Assembly (NCBI GenBank): GCA_051362555.1
Contig: CM120647.1
Location: forward strand, 1,302,001 to 1,366,000
DNA from: Lingula anatina
Taxonomy: Eukaryota > Animalia > Brachiopoda
Direction: 5' to 3'
DNA length: 64,000 bases
Each line of letters opens with the position of its first letter. Position 1 is the stretch's first letter. This document shows positions 63,650 through 64,000 of this stretch, piece after piece. The notes below the pieces were generated by a model that was not told the DNA's origin, searched no databases, and was given only the letters and a program-made list of their open reading frames with translations. The position numbers were made by a program, and so were the translations under genes.

Positions 63650-64000
63650 ATCCCGAACAACTTCTAGCAGCTTTTTTCTTGTAAGCTAGAACCTGTTTCT
63701 CATTAGATGTGGATAGTTGGCTGCATAGTGCTTGTTACTGCGTACATTTCTGATACCGCGCGCCTGATAAGAGTACTCCCACGCTTAATGAGGAGATTGA
63801 TTTCAAAAATCCTGTTTTGTTTCTTTCTTGTGATTTCATTGGAAATCACCTAATTCTGCATCAGTTCTGAAAAAAATGTTCCTGTAACTCCTCCCTGTGC
63901 TTTGGTTTACTCCTCTACACACTGCTTATAGTGCGTTGTGAATCATCGGGAATAGTCATTCAAAATGCCGTTAGTATAGCCGTTTTAGTACCCCTTCTTC

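Overview
Eukaryotic (animal, probably marine invertebrate; taxon not determinable here) genomic DNA. (1) 1-27532 is the right end of a tandem array of a ~1385-bp unit (~20 units visible, open at the left edge). The unit has no credible protein ORF. Each unit carries two adjacent minus-strand RNA polymerase III-type units (A box, B box, oligo-T terminator, 5'/3' panhandle): a ~95-nt RNA with vault-RNA-like architecture and a ~200-nt RNA with a tRNA-like domain and an upstream TATA box. This is the most interesting signal in the window; expression and identity are unproven. (2) 27.5-31 kb holds transposon debris (THAP/DDE Harbinger-ISL2EU remnant, L2-type LINE 3' end, microsatellites). (3) 31317-42101 (+) is a complete 13-exon multicopper oxidase (laccase-like, 799 aa, all four Cu motifs). 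(4) Three minus-strand initiator tRNA-Met genes lie at 44680, 45607 and 51172. (5) 59060-63649 (+) is a complete tetraspanin with 8 coding exons (295 aa). Many MITEs and foldbacks are interspersed. All alignments and folds were done by eye.
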